64,000 bases of DNA from Eledone cirrhosa (Eukaryota). The number at the start of each line of letters is the position of its first letter. Position 1 is the first letter of the stretch. Below are positions 23,856-38,985 of this stretch, piece by piece. The stretch is taken from NCBI GenBank assembly GCA_964016885.1, contig OZ024741.1:235414001-235478000 (forward strand), in the 5' to 3' direction. Under the pieces are notes generated by a model. The model was not told the DNA's origin. It saw only the letters and a list, made by a program, of their open reading frames with translations, and made no database searches. Position numbers and translations under genes: made by a program.

Positions 23856-24177
23856 TGGAGGCACATGGCTTGGTGGTTAGAGCATTGGCCTTGCAATCAA
23901 AAGGTTGTGAGTTCAATTCTCAGACCGGGTGATGTGTTGTTTCCTTGAGCAAGACACTTTATTTCACATTGCTCCAGTTTACTCAGCTGTAGAAATGAGA
24001 TGATAGGGACTGGGATCCATATCATTCCACTACAAAGTGGTCGTGGGGGTGCCACTGTAAATGAGGTTGGTGTTAGGAAAGGCATCCAGCTGTAGAAATC
24101 AAGCCAGCATCAGTTCCCGTCCCACCCTTGCAAGCAGGGAAAAAGCGGACGTGAAATGAAATGATGATGATGATGAT
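23855..24177 (+). mobile_element. tRNA-derived CORE-type SINE, short-tail subfamily
   Basis: Same family as 3174-3520, lacking the internal GCACCCAG module. Confidence 0.9.
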
Positions 24178-24729
24178 ATCATTAGAATGCTTTGCAGTAT
24201 TTGTTCTGACTCAGAGGTAAACTTAATCTTTCATCCTTTCGAGGTTAAATTGGCTGTGTTCAGACCCAGATTCGAAATTTCCAAGACATGCTACAAGTAA
24301 GATTACAGCCCTACAACACCACCAGGAGTTATGAGTTATGTGCCCATGGCCTGGGATATATACATACATTATATATATATAAACATTTAACATCCGCTTT
24401 CACTGTTGGCAAGGGTTGGATGGGTTGTCACTGATCAGGTCAGTACTCAGATGCGCTGGAGGACTATATTTCATTTACATACATCCCCACGCTCTACCAA
24501 GTACATTTTATCACGACACCACCATTAGGGAGGTTGTCTTTGATACAGTTCAAGAGTCCAGCCAATCCTGTGTTTGGCAGGTTTCCTACAGCTAATGGCC
24601 TTTCCACTCACCAACTACATTACAGAATGTATTGGATGTGTTTATTGTGTAGAACCCCAAATCTAGAGAGGTAGTCAAATCTTTCATAACTGAAGAGTCC
24701 TATAATTTATTTATATATATATATGTATA

Positions 24730-26271
24730 TACATTAAGTACATATCGTTTTGAGACTTTTTCTTTTCAGACACTTTTAATTGATCTACGTAACTCTAATA
24801 CATCCTTCATATGGTTATATTAAGCTAACATGCCAAATCTTTTTTTCGAGGTTGAAGCTCCAGGCCGCCACATTGTATTTTCACAGTAAACACTTTATCT
24901 CACATAATACTGAATCTACGAGATTTTGATATCTATTTTGAGGACAATACCTTAACATAAGTATGAACAGCCAGTTATGGCCAGTTTTAACAGAAAAAGG
25001 TGAGAGAATTCTGGCCGGATACAGGTTAAGCCATTCGCATTTAAACCAACCATATCTGGCCAAAATTGTCTCACCTCTTTCTGTTCAAACCAGCCATATC
25101 TGGCTGTTAAGGTATTTTTCTGAAAATAAATATCAAAATCTTGTAGAATCAAGATTATGTGAGATAAGTATGTGAAATAAAGTGTTTACCATGAAAATAC
25201 AATAGTAAATATAGAGTAATGTAAATGCTAAAGGGTTAAACACTACCCATTACACGTTTTGTCCCAGCTGACTGGTTCCACAATGTAGTTGGGACATGAG
25301 GACAACGTGGAGGTTCGATATGCAATAAAGTTTTGTGTCAAGCTTGGTAAAAACACTGCAGTAACCTATGAAATGATCAAAACTGATTACAAACTAACTT
25401 TCATGAACCGAGTGGCACAAGTGGGTCCACAGGGGCATGGAGAGGGGCATCAAGACGCCAAAGTGGGTTAACAAAATTCGCAAATTTCTGGACAAGAACC
25501 GTCATGCATCTCTTCTGACAATTGCTAAATAATTTGAAGTGGATGAGGGCACTGTGCACAGAGTCGTTCATGACGATCTGAACATATGCAACGTTTCTTC
25601 CCAGGGTGCTCAATGAAGATCAAAGGCAGAGGTGCGTTAATGACAGCAGGGAGATGGTTGAGTGGATCACTTCAAAGCCAACTGTCCTTGAGTTTCTGGT
25701 AACCTGTGATAAGTGCGGGTCTACTGACATAACCCAGAGACCAAGAAACAGAGTGCCCAATGGAAACATTCTGACACCCCAAGAGCCAAGAAGGCCAGGC
25801 AAAGCAAGTCCACTAGGAAACTCGTGACGATCCCATTCTTTAACAGCAAGGGCATCATCTACATCCATTGGGAACCCAGAACTAGACAGTCAACAAAGAG
25901 TCCTATGTAGAGGTTTTGAGGGAGTTCAAAAAGATATTTTGTTACAAAAGACCACAACTCTTCAAGTCTGGTAGAGGTACCTGCACCAGGACAATACTCC
26001 CTGCCACAAATCCTTTCTGGTGACCAACTACTCGGCTGATATGGGGATCAAGACTGTCTCTCATCCTCCCGATAGTTCAGACTTAGCCCCATATGACCTC
26101 TGGATGTTCCCAAAAGAGGACTACAAGGGGCCCTTCCAGAAGTGGCTGGAGTGCGATAACAAGTGTATTGAAGTTGGAGAATCCTACTTTGAGGAAGACT
26201 AGAGTTTTATGTTCATCTGAGTTAAATAAATGTCTCTAATAAAAGTCTCAAAACGTCTTGAGTGTACCTTG
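24730..26271 (+). mobile_element. Tc1/mariner (mariner-type) transposon relic, transposase pseudogene
   Basis: Frameshifted pieces RYAIKFCVKLGK, LNEDQRQRCVNDSREM..LVTCD and LHQDNTPCH..HPPDSSDLAPYDLWMFPK (degenerate YSPDLAP motif). The TIR core CGTTTTGAGACTTTT at 24746-24760 is the reverse complement of 26241-26255. Confidence 0.85.
24871..25235. mobile_element. Palindromic piggyBac-type MITE inserted in the mariner relic (left tip missing)
   Basis: The two halves are inverted copies of each other. The right end is GCTAAAGGG|TTAA, and it is the same family as 32124-32318 and 33323-33610. Confidence 0.65.
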
Positions 26272-26326
26272 TACATACTTATGTATATATAAATATGCAC
26301 ATATATATAATCATCATTACACACAC

Positions 26327-26357
<31 letters not shown>

Positions 26358-26889
26358 CTGACAAGTAGTTATATATTGCCTAGTAGATAAATAGCCAAGC
26401 CAAATACATAGATTTTGGAGAAATACAAGACAAAAAAATAATCGAACTAGTCTAGTAGAAATGGTGTGAAGGTGTGAAAGAAATGGAATTTCACACATTT
26501 TTATACATTGGAATTTATTGAAAACCGTAATTCACATTCTTTCACATTTTTATGTATTGCTGCTTTCCTGCTCATTGTATAATCTATAGATTCCTACTGA
26601 TATGTGTGTGTGTATTATTATATATATATATTATACTTCGATCAATTATATATAGAATTTTGTTTAGATATCTGTGATTCTATACAAATATACATTAGTT
26701 TTACTGGTTTCAATCATTAGACTGCTGCCATTCTGGGGCACACACATACACACACACGCGTGCGATTACGTCTATAAAACTAGAAAAGGCATACTTAATA
26801 CATGTGTTAGTTATTTACCTGGGTACATTTGAGGATTCAATCCATGTAAAACTCAGGGTGAATCATTGACTTTTCCCACACACAACTAC

Positions 26890-28737
<1,848 letters not shown>

Positions 28738-28812
28738 AAATTGTCACCGGCATAACCGAAAGTCAATATAAATGTGTGTGTGTATATATATAAATATATA
28801 TATACACATAAA

Positions 28813-29038
28813 CGCCCAGTCCTCACTGTAAAGTGGTCGTTTTGGTGCCATGATAAAAAGCACACCATCCACACTAAGTGTGGTTGGAGTTATGAAGGGC
28901 ATCCAGCCGTAGAAATCAAGCCAGAAACAGTTCTGCATGAGCAAGACACGGTCACCTGATCTGACTTGTTTCACTACGGGACAACTCGTCTAACCCATGC
29001 TAGCGTGGAAAAATGGAACTTAAACGACGATGACGATA
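28813..29038 (+). mobile_element. 3' tail fragment of the SINE/RTE family
   Basis: CACTGTAAAGTGGTCG..GAAGGGCATCCAGCCGTAGAAATCAAG..AACCCATGCTAGCGTGGAAAA. Confidence 0.7.
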
Positions 29039-29218
29039 ACTATATATCGATGAATGTACGTCAGTGTGTCTATATAGTGTGTACAAATATCTAATGTTAA
29101 ATCTAGTCTAAAAATTATTAACTAAACCAACCGGATTTAAAATTATATTATCTGAAGACTTACACAATTACTCATACATTCAAATGATGTGCGTGTATGT
29201 GTGTATATACATACATAA

Positions 29219-29258
<40 letters not shown>

Positions 29259-29294
29259 GCACGCACAAATAAATATTTAATATTTAAAATATAG

Positions 29295-29365
29295 TCTGCG
29301 GTGATGAGACCGCTTGGCGCCGCGATCGGGATTTTACATATCTCTATTTAATATGTATATATATA

Positions 29366-29407
<42 letters not shown>

Positions 29408-29810
29408 AGGGACCAACGTTACGGGCGCCAGCATATACCCAAGTTGGTACGTGACCCACAGTTTATTTTAATACCGTTTTACTTTATATCTATCTATGCT
29501 CAGCTGTTTCTAATACATTGACCTCGTATTGATACATCTTTATGGGCATTTCCACGACATAAGACACATACGCATAAATATATATGTATATATATATATA
29601 CGGCGATAACTAAAAACTAGTTTGAGGCCCAAAATATGAAATGTTGGCACAAATAGCTACATCCGGTATAATTCACATCCTTCTTGAAACGTTCTTGTGG
29701 CAGTGCGGAGTAATTCGGCAAGCGGCCACGAAATGGAGGAATAATTTTGTTTTGAAAATCTTATTAGAAATGAACCCCGAGTTTGTGGCCACTTTAAAAA
29801 AAGAGGTGGA
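29295..29810. promoter_or_regulatory. Locally CpG-rich unique sequence, possible promoter
   Basis: CpG clusters in an otherwise CpG-poor window, with E2F-like TTGGCGCCGCG (about 29314), ETS-like ACATCCGG (about 29660) and YY1-like GAAATGGAGG (about 29730). No transcript evidence. Confidence 0.3.
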
Positions 29811-30489
29811 GTTTTGTCATTTTATATATATTTCAAATTTGAAGTTTTTTTTTGTTATTGATGTAATTGATATTGTTTTAGTTTAGATATATATCGAAAT
29901 TATTTGATTAAATAAAATTTTAAAAATATAGGAAGCAATTTTTAAATTCAAAGGTGATAGTTTTTAGACTTTCAAACAAGTGAGACGAGATCAAGGGTTG
30001 GGTTGACGAAAACTAAATAGAAGGGTGGAGAATATATTGACACAGTTTGACGAATTAGAACAATCTATTAAAGAAAACTGTTATTTAGGGACTTCATAGA
30101 ACAAAATAAATCTGAAATGAGCGCTTCTTGGGTACTTACTTTGAACATTCAACATCAGAGAGTTAAACCAACGTTTAAGATACCAAAATACTCAAGGGGA
30201 GTGTAAACACTGAAGGGAGGTAACCACGAGAAGCTTCCGCTTGTCTGTGTGTCGCAGCAATCATTTCTGTGTACACGAGGATTATCTCCCTTGAACATTT
30301 CCTATTTCTTCTGAAAATATATTTAGGGACTGCTGTGTTCGTATATAGGGGACACTTTATTGAATTCACTTTCTTTCTCCTCGCTTGAATTTGTTATATT
30401 ACAATAACGTTCTATATAAATATCTAGATACTTTAGTTTCGTGACATCATATGACGCTTCCATTTACATATTATTCCGCGTTAAATATT

Positions 30490-31080
30490 GCCACACCCTA
30501 TAAATTTGAAAGCGTGTTGATTACTCCTTCCTCTTCTCACAAACATTTTTCCTCGCGGCGAAATCAAAGTTGTTGCCCTTGACATTAGGGAAAGCCTTCG
30601 ACTCGTTCGCCTATGGGTTTCATTTCTTCGTTAACAACTGTACTAGATTTGAAGGTTACTGTCATAAGGTTCATTCTCTCCTTACTACATAAGTAGTTCT
30701 CTCTCTCTCTCTTCATCTCTGTCTATCAACTCGGAAGTGCTGTAAGGCTCAATTATTCCATTTACATTCCGTATTCTTCCCGTTGATAACCCCTATTCAC
30801 ATGCACATAACTCCCGCTGTATTATAACCCCTATTCACATACACATACCCCCTCTGGACTATAACTCCTATTCACATACACGTACCCCCCGTTGAACTGT
30901 AACCCCTATTCACATACACATACTCTCACAGCCCCACTGATACCATTTACCCTTCACTCATTCACGCAATTCTGACGTTGCCCGCTAGAGCTACACAATC
31001 ATTAGGGACTGTAAATATATTTATCTAACAATGAACTGCTCCATAAAAATGTTTAACAGCACTGAACCACAGAAACTTAA
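30490..31080 (+). mobile_element. Highly degenerate Jockey/CR1-group LINE RT fragment
   Basis: EIKVVALDI(frameshift)KAFD and SINSEVL*GSII resemble the RT motifs ALDISKAFD and INSGVPQGS. Four tandem copies of AACCCCTATTCACAT at about 30788-30920 resemble the NPIHSYADD region. Confidence 0.6.
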
Positions 31081-31884
31081 CAGATCCAGAGAGACAGTCT
31101 TTGTGTAGTCGCTCGATGGGCTAGAAATCACAAAACGAAAGACACATTCGGCATGGTGACGGTTGAAATGGCTTTGATCATAGGTTGATCAGTCGGGGTT
31201 GACATGGTGTTAAACAAGAACAACAAATCTTTACACTTTGTACAAATATTAGATTATAGAATATGTCGTAACTTTTCGTTAAGATCTACACATATCATAT
31301 GAGAACTTAATTGTACCATTATTGTATTTAAGAGCCAGAAATTATTTCAGCTCTAAATAGTTGATGACTTTATAAGAAGTTTAAATATGTTCATCAACAC
31401 ACACATATACACACTTCTTGAATTTTTCTTTTATTCCTCTTATAACCCATTCTATGGGTCCCAAGAAACCAGATATGGCATCGTATTGTAGGCCCTCAAG
31501 TCCTGAAGGAATCATAACGGTACCATTGTGACATGCTGGACACCAGTCTTCTCCATTTGTCACAGTTGCATGCTAGACCTTGTGTCTACACTAATGATTT
31601 GCCTGTCCATCTTTTTCTTTGTTTTACCTTTTTGGGAAGAGACGACCCTAGAAGACCTAGCTCAACGCATTTTAGGAGGACATGCAGGAAGGTGTGGAAA
31701 CAATAGTAATTAACCATTTGAAATGGTAGAACTATGCTTTCTGGTGTACTGAATGGCTCAGGAGTGAGCTACATAGTCACAACCTCCTTTTTTTTAAAAA
31801 AGAGGAAGGACACATTTGATAATGTACTACATAGGAATCTGCCTGGAAAAGAAAATGCTTGGTTATAGATGGAATACCTTAAAT

Positions 31885-32016
31885 CAGGCATGTCAAACAT
31901 GTGGCCCGCACAAAGGTTTTTACAGTGCAAGCATGTTTTATCTTCGTAAAATTAGTTGTGTGTGGCCCTCAGACAATACATGTGGCCTCCAGGGGACCTT
32001 CGGTTTGACATGCCTG
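31885..32016. mobile_element. hAT-type MITE
   Basis: Perfect 14-bp TIR CAGGCATGTCAAAC/GTTTGACATGCCTG with an exact 8-bp TSD CCTTAAAT (31877-31884 and 32017-32024). Confidence 0.9.
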
Positions 32017-32123
32017 CCTTAAATTATATGTCTGCACTAACAGGACTGAGCTGGTCTTAAACAATAACTGTAACAAAAAAAGTATTTTATTAAAGGGGTA
32101 CAGCAATGCAAATAAGACATTAA

Positions 32124-32318
32124 CCCTTTAGAATTTACATTACTCTATATTTACTATTGTATTTTAATGGTAAAGGCTTTACCTCACATAATATCGAATC
32201 TATGAGATTTTGATTATTTATTTTTAGAACGCTACCTTAACATCAGTGTGAGCAGCTGATTCAGCCAGTTTGAACAGAAAGAGGTGGGAGAATTCTGGCC
32301 GGTTTAGATGCTAAAGGG
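32124..32318. mobile_element. piggyBac-type MITE (internally deleted)
   Basis: TTAA|CCCTTTAG ... CTAAAGGG|TTAA. Confidence 0.8.
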
Positions 32319-33322
32319 TTAAATGTTAAAAATAATTATAACAAAGTTGTTGGAATGTTACCTTGCAGGTGTTTAATTAGTCCTTAATATTTCATGGTAA
32401 AATTCCTTCATCAAGAGAAAAGTTTAGGAAACTAATTCACAGGATACTGTGTGTTGTTATGCGGGCATTTTTAAATCTGAAAGTGGTTGCTTTTTTTCAT
32501 CCTAAAATATTAAGGACAAATTAAACTCCTCCAAGGTAACATTCCAAAAATGTTATCGTTATTTTTATCATTTCATGACCTATTTGTACTGCCCCAAACA
32601 AATACACCATTTTCTACTTTCCATGGTGCTTCAATCAAAATGCAACACTGTAGTAACAATAAACCTTCTACCCCAGTGAGTTGTTATTATACTATGGTAC
32701 ATATCTACAGCTAAGAAGACTGAGCCACTTGGAAGTTCTATGTCTTGACACTAGTGCTAGTGACAAGATGTGAACCTCCAGCCTCTTGGTTTCTTTTCTG
32801 ATACTCTACCATATTCACCTGATAAGCTTGACAGCACTTCCCAACAAAACACACAGATATCTGATTTAACAGTTTTCAAACTAACAAATACTAGTCTTTA
32901 CTCCACCCCTATTTTTGTGAATTTTCTGCACCCCCTCTTCTAAGAGTTATAAAGTATAACATAATATCATAATAGACTATAATCTTTATTTTATTAATCT
33001 TTTCATGACTGTATTTCTAATGAAATACACTCTAGTTCAATTAAGTATTTTTAAAGGACTTACAGAAATTATTAATTATTTCATTAATTAGATAGTCACT
33101 TAAAATATGGTTCTCATAAAAAAAATTATGCCCAAAGATTTTAAATAGGAACTCTATCAAATGGGTTATTTTGTTTCATAGAACCAAAACTGGTTTTGAC
33201 TAGATTGATATGTGTCCATCCTTTAAAAGTGTTAACATTCGATGTGTGTCCATCCTTTTTTTTACCCTTACCTCAATGAGAAACTCTGTTCTAGACTGTT
33301 CATTTTTCTACTTCCATCTTAA

Positions 33323-33610
33323 CCCTTTAGCATTCACATTACTCTATATATATTATTATATTTTCATGTACTCTATATATATTATTATATTCTATATATA
33401 TTATTAGATTTTATACTCCATATATATTATTATACTCTATATATATTATTATATTTTACCTCGCATAATTATCTCACATAATATCGAATCTATGAAATTT
33501 TTAAAGTATTTATTTTGAGAACAATACCTTAACATCAGTTTGAGCGACCAGTTACAGCCAGTTTCAACAGAAAGAGGTAGAGAATTCTGGCCAGTTTGAA
33601 CATTAAAGAG
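33323..33610. mobile_element. piggyBac-type MITE (internally deleted)
   Basis: TTAA|CCCTTTAGCATTC ... TAAAGAG|TTAA, inserted between about 46-bp tandem units AATGAGAAACTCT.TTCTAGACTGTT. Confidence 0.7.
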
Positions 33611-33980
33611 TTAATGAGAAACTCTATTCTAGACTGTTTCTTTTTCTACTCCCACTTTAACAAAAAACTGTTTTAGACTGTATTCAGAAAAGGCCAGCCA
33701 TCAGATCAGTCAGAATCAAAACATTGACCAACACATTCCATTCCTTTATCCACAGATATGCTGTCTCTTTTCTGTGCCTTTTCTAATGATACATCAATGA
33801 TCTCTACTTCCAGAACCTGGTTAGTTTCATACCACTGCAACTCAGGCCGTCCCATTTCAGGCATATTCAGTCTACAACCACCCCAGCTACATTATTAAGG
33901 AGTTCACTTTACAATCATTAAGTCCCGTAGCACCTTGTGAGTGAAACTGGGTAGATGGAAACTGTTTTCAAGCCCTTTGG

Positions 33981-34140
33981 ATGGACTATACCTGTAATTA
34001 AAAGGACCAGCCTTGTTACACTGAATCTTCCTGAGAATTACGTTAAGGGAAAACATGTTTATGGACTATACCTGTAATTAAAAGGACCAGCCTTGTTACA
34101 CTGAATCTTCCTGAGAATTATGTTAAGGGAAAACATGTTT
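33981..34140 (+). repeat. 80-bp tandem duplication (2 copies, 1 difference)
   Basis: ATGGACTATACCTG...GAAAACATGTTT at 33981-34060 and 34061-34140. Confidence 0.95.
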
Positions 34141-35909
34141 ATGGATTGATTAGCCACTTACATGTTATTATCATGAGCAGACTGTTCTGTTGATCAAACA
34201 ACTGGAACATTTATCACTGAAACTGACAGATGTCCATCAACCCTGACGACACACAAACCACTATATCCAGTTCTTCCTTCCACATGTCTTTCCTGCAGCC
34301 ACAACAGGTCACTGTCATACTTCTACTTATGTATTTAAAAAAGTCCTTTTCCGATGATTTTAAATAAATGAGATAGTTCTAGTCAGGTAGAAGTCATTTC
34401 AACATGAAACAAATACTAATGTATTTAGTACTTTATTTATCTGTGGTGCTTTTCAATTCTTTAGAAAACCATTCTTAAATTCATATATATATATAAAATA
34501 AAGAAAATTTTCATCTGAATAGAATTGTGACTGTCATTTCAAATTATTTTACCAACCGTGAAGGGTGAAGGAATATGGTATATGATTGGGAGCTTTGTCA
34601 TGAAAACCATTATCAAGTTGAAAACTAAATACAGAGGGTATGTGAGTAATGCATTGTTAATCAATCCCCAACTTCCACATCTGTGAGCAAATGTAAAGTG
34701 AATCTTGAATTCATAAGGGGACAGACTCTCTTAGGACCAACAGCAAATACAAGTCCATCCCCTTGTCAATAGCTTTTGTTGCATTAAAATATTACATAAC
34801 AACCATATTACATATGATGCTTTTTGACGAAGGCATGCTGTTAGTTGCATAATGGCAGCATTGTATAATATTTAACACCACAGAAATACGTATTATGCTA
34901 GATTATGAATAAAAAGAATCATGAATATCTACATCTGACCTTCGCATTGACATGCGAGAAAGTATTTCAGACAAATATCTTTAATATAGCTCTTTGGAAA
35001 GTTCATGGTGTTACAAAGCTGGCCCTTTGAATTACCAGTAAAACTCCTTTTTGCCAGCTGATTTGGCTGAAGCAATGTGAAATAAAGTAACTTGCTCAAG
35101 GACAAAATACGCTGCCAGGAGTTGAACATCAGCCAAATACCCTAACCAATAAGAAATGACCCTTCACAAAATATATATATAAATACATCATCATTGTTTT
35201 CATGTCAATCTGTCCATGCTGGCATGGGTTGAACAGGACTTTTTCTTAGGCAAAGCTTTATAGTTGGATGCCATTCTTGACACCAATCTTTTCCATCACT
35301 TCTTACATGTAAGGATATAATGTACCGATTCTAAACCAGATTCGCATGGCATATATATATATACATACATACATTTATATATATCATCATCATCATCACC
35401 GTTTTACATTGATTTTCCATGCTAGCTTGGGTATAAACATACATACATTTATATATATGTGTGTGTTATTATACATACATATATATACACACATGTACAT
35501 ATATACATACATATATATGTATTCAGAGACACATGTGCATAATAACTAACTAGTATCATTGATGGTCAATGTAATATTTGGCAAATGTCTATTGGATTAG
35601 GAATCCATGTTTGGTGTTGGCAGCAAAGGTCATTGTTTGATCGTATCTGTGGAATTTTACTGAGAACTATTGCTACTATTGGAACTGTTAGAACTATTGG
35701 AACTGTCTTCATGTCTTTTCCGGAACTTCCCCCCACCCCCCTCTCTATCTATTTATCTATCTTTCTCTCTCTCCCTCTACTAATGCCTGCTAGATCTCCA
35801 TTGCCATGGTTACTGCCAACACATTACTATGTGAATATCACCTCTAAATAGTCCACTGACTAGTATTGCTACTACTGTGTATACACACACACATGCACAC
35901 ATGTGTAAG

Positions 35910-36002
<93 letters not shown>

Positions 36003-36704
36003 TACTTTCACCAATTAGCATTAAGACAAGGCCCACTCACTAAATTTTGTATATCAGTCTCTACTTAATTTACTCTATATACTCCTGCAAGTCTCTTCTC
36101 CATTCTATTTTACATACATTTTACAATGTATCATTTATTTTAAATTAAGGTTTCTTTTAGGTCCAGTAAATAAGTCACATGATGGTTTTTTCCCCCATTA
36201 TATTGAAGTCACAGGTGTGACTTATATACTGAATATATACAGCATTTTGGTAGCCATTGAGGAAGCTACATTTGATAAAGTAAGAGTTAACAGTTAATAG
36301 AAAGACGAATTGGGAGTAGAGATAGAAGTTCACCTGTATCCAGTCCTCAATCATCAGTCCCCTTCTCTGCATCATTGTCCTCAAGGCCAAAACAGAGGAG
36401 TTCAAAACTGGCTGTCAACAGGAACTCCTGTAATCTCCTGATCTAGTCCTTACAGCTAAATCTGGAGAAGATTCATAAGTGAAATTCTAGAAAGAACAGA
36501 TTCGATGTCTCTGGTCTGAAGGTGTGTCAAAGGCTGAAATTCATTGCAGGCTTTCGATTCAATGGGTAACTGAGACTCCACCAATGTGTATATACACATA
36601 TTTATATGCAAATTAGTACATCCATTTCAGAATAATACTAAGAGCAAATGGTATATATATGCTCATCAAATACATGTTTCCTTGTGGTTGTTTGGATGAT
36701 ATAC

Positions 36705-36753
36705 ATGCCTTCTGATGAGAGCCTAATTAGGTCCAAAAATTGATTAAAGGTGT
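36705..36753 (+). ncRNA. CpG-decayed minimal hammerhead motif
   Basis: AUGCCUU-CUGAUGA-GAGCCUA(au)UAGGUCC-AAAA-AUUGAU-UA-AAGGUGU. Restoring two CpG decays gives CCGAAA and palindromic AAUCGAUU. Confidence 0.55.
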
Positions 36754-37002
36754 TTATCATTTTTTCAGTGTACTGGGAAATTCATATTTCCTTGCATGTT
36801 TACATGCCTGCATATTAAATATGTGTACATTTATATACACAACTCGGAAACATAAATCTCATATATCTATCTTTAGGAAAGGCATCCAGCTGTAGAAACC
36901 AAGACCTGGCAATTCTCACAACAGGATATCACATCTAACCCATACTAGCATGGAAAAATGGATGATAAATGGTGGTGATGATGATAAAGATATGTATATA
37001 TT

Positions 37003-37342
37003 GAAGGCATATGGCTTAGTGGTTAGAGCATTGGCCTTGCAATTGAAAGGTTGTGAGTTCAATTCTCAGACCGGGTGATGTGTTGTTTCCTTGAGCAAGA
37101 CACTTTATTTCACATTGCTCCAGTTTACTCAGCTGTAGAAATGAGATGATAGGGACTGGGGTCCCTATCTTTCCACTGCAAAGTGGTCGTGGAGGTGCCA
37201 CGGCAAAAAAGCACCCAGCACTCACTGTAAATGAGGTTGGTGATAGGAAGGGCATCCAGCTGTAGAAATCAAGCCAGCATCAGTTCCCGTCCCACACTTG
37301 CAAGCAGGGAAAACTGGACGTAAAATGAAATGATGATGATGA
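37003..37342 (+). mobile_element. tRNA-derived CORE-type SINE, short-tail subfamily
   Basis: Full-length copy of the 3174-3520 family. Confidence 0.9.
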
Positions 37343-37609
37343 TATATATTCAGACACACACATACACATATATATAATAGATGTGTTCCTGGTGTATATT
37401 GGGAGGTGACTACAGTTAAAAAAACACAACACATTAATAGAGTATAGGCATCTTTATTCAGCAGTACTTTTCTTGATGATTTCTTACAGATGAATCAGTT
37501 CTAGTCCTGTAGAAGTCATTTATATATATTTTATATATTTATATATATTATATATAGATATAGATATATTCCATCATTATGTTTTTCTGTTTATTCTGTT
37601 CAAATGCTA

Positions 37610-37668
37610 GCTGTCTGATGAAGTCATAGCTGTTGCATAATGGTTATCACTGAAATCTATATAACAGC
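37610..37668 (+). ncRNA. Minimal type I hammerhead ribozyme motif, core intact
   Basis: GCUGU-CUGAUGA-AGUCAUAGCUGUU(gcau)AAUGGUUAUCACU-GAAA-UCUAUA-UA-ACAGC. Helix I is 5 bp perfect, helix II pairs at 12 of 13 positions, and the cleavage triplet is AUA. Confidence 0.7.
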
Positions 37669-38213
37669 AATTATGAATAACAAAGTTAATTTTAACCTGT
37701 TGACTTACACTTCTTATTTATATATATATATAACGAAGGAGTTGTGGTAAGGAACCAGATGGACCATAACGCACCAGAGTACTCAATATTTAGGATAGTA
37801 AAGTGGGTAATAGGAAAATGTATGACCCCCGACGGTAGAGCTCAAGCCGTTTCGACAGCTTGAGCTCTGCTACTTTTTTTCCTAAAGTAAGTCTCAAAAA
37901 TCTACCATGCATCCTGGAGGCCGAAGATTGGTTATTATATTTTTTCAAATTTTTGGTTGTCAAAATTAGGGTGCATCCCCAAGGACAAAGCGTCTTTGGC
38001 GCCGGGAAGTAGTATATATACATATATATGTATGTATGTATCATCATCATCATCATTTTTAAGGCTACTCTCCTATGCTGGCATGGATTGGATGAGACTT
38101 TTTAAAGTAATGTTTTACAACCAGATGCCTTTCATAACACCAACCTTTTTTGTCGTTTTTATGTCATACCAGGATATGGATTACCTATTCTAAACAGGAT
38201 ACACATAGAATGT

Positions 38214-38244
<31 letters not shown>

Positions 38245-38245
<1 letters not shown>

Positions 38246-38590
38246 CATCATCACTGTTTTATGTCTATTCTTCCATGCTAGCATGGGTTAGACGGGTTGT
38301 CCTGTTGTGGGCAGTGTCAGGTCAGCTGACCTTGTCTTGTTCATATGGGAACTGATTCTGGCTTGATTTCTACAGCTGGATGCCCTTCCTAACACCAACC
38401 TCATTTACAGTGAGTGATGGGTGCTTTTTATCCGTGGAGCCTACACGTCCACTTTACAGTGTGGGCTGGGTGCTTTTTTGCTGTGGCACCCCCACGACCA
38501 CTTTGCAGTGGAATGATAGGGACCCCAGTCCTATCATCTCATTTCTACAGCTAAGTAAACTGGAGCAATGTGAAATAAAGTGTCTTGCTC
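38245..38590 (-). mobile_element. CORE-type SINE, long-tail subfamily, 5'-truncated
   Basis: Matches 767-1180 from the CORE block to the tail. Confidence 0.85.
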
Positions 38591-38676
38591 TATATATATA
38601 GTAATAATAATAAATTTGAAGACTAAAAGCGATTCTTTGCTTAAACTTTAATCTGTTATTTTAATAAATATATATA

Positions 38677-38985
38677 TCATTTCATTTTACGTCCGCTTTT
38701 TCCCTGCTTGCAAGGGTGGGACAGGAACTGATTCTGGCTTGATTTCTACAGCTGGATGCCCTACCTAACACCAACCTCATTTACAGTGAGTGCTGGGTGC
38801 TTTTTTGCCGTGGCACCTCCACGACCACTTTGCAGTGGAATGATAGGGACCTCACTTCTACAGCTGAGTAAACTGGAGCAATGTGAAATAAAGTGTCTTG
38901 CTCAAGGAAACCCGGTCTGAGAATTGAACTCACAACCTTTCAATTGCAAGGCCAATGCTCTAACCGCCAAGCCATGTGCCTCCAT
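38677..38985 (-). mobile_element. CORE-type SINE, short-tail subfamily
   Basis: Matches 3174-3520 with small deletions. A divergent SINE head follows on the + strand at 39018-39135. Confidence 0.85.

Noticed and set aside
29641-29886. 81-aa ORF in the CpG-rich region
   Set aside because: No domain similarity, only a weak splice donor, and the downstream candidate exons contain stops.
31381-31700. WCPAC thioredoxin-like motif
   Set aside because: No surrounding thioredoxin sequence; there is an upstream in-frame stop, and neighbouring frames (KGKTKKKMDRQI) resemble a decayed LINE C-terminus.
36161-36279. Possible + strand coding exon (TTTTAG|...|GTAAGA, one open frame)
   Set aside because: No recognisable homology and no partner exons; compatible with chance.
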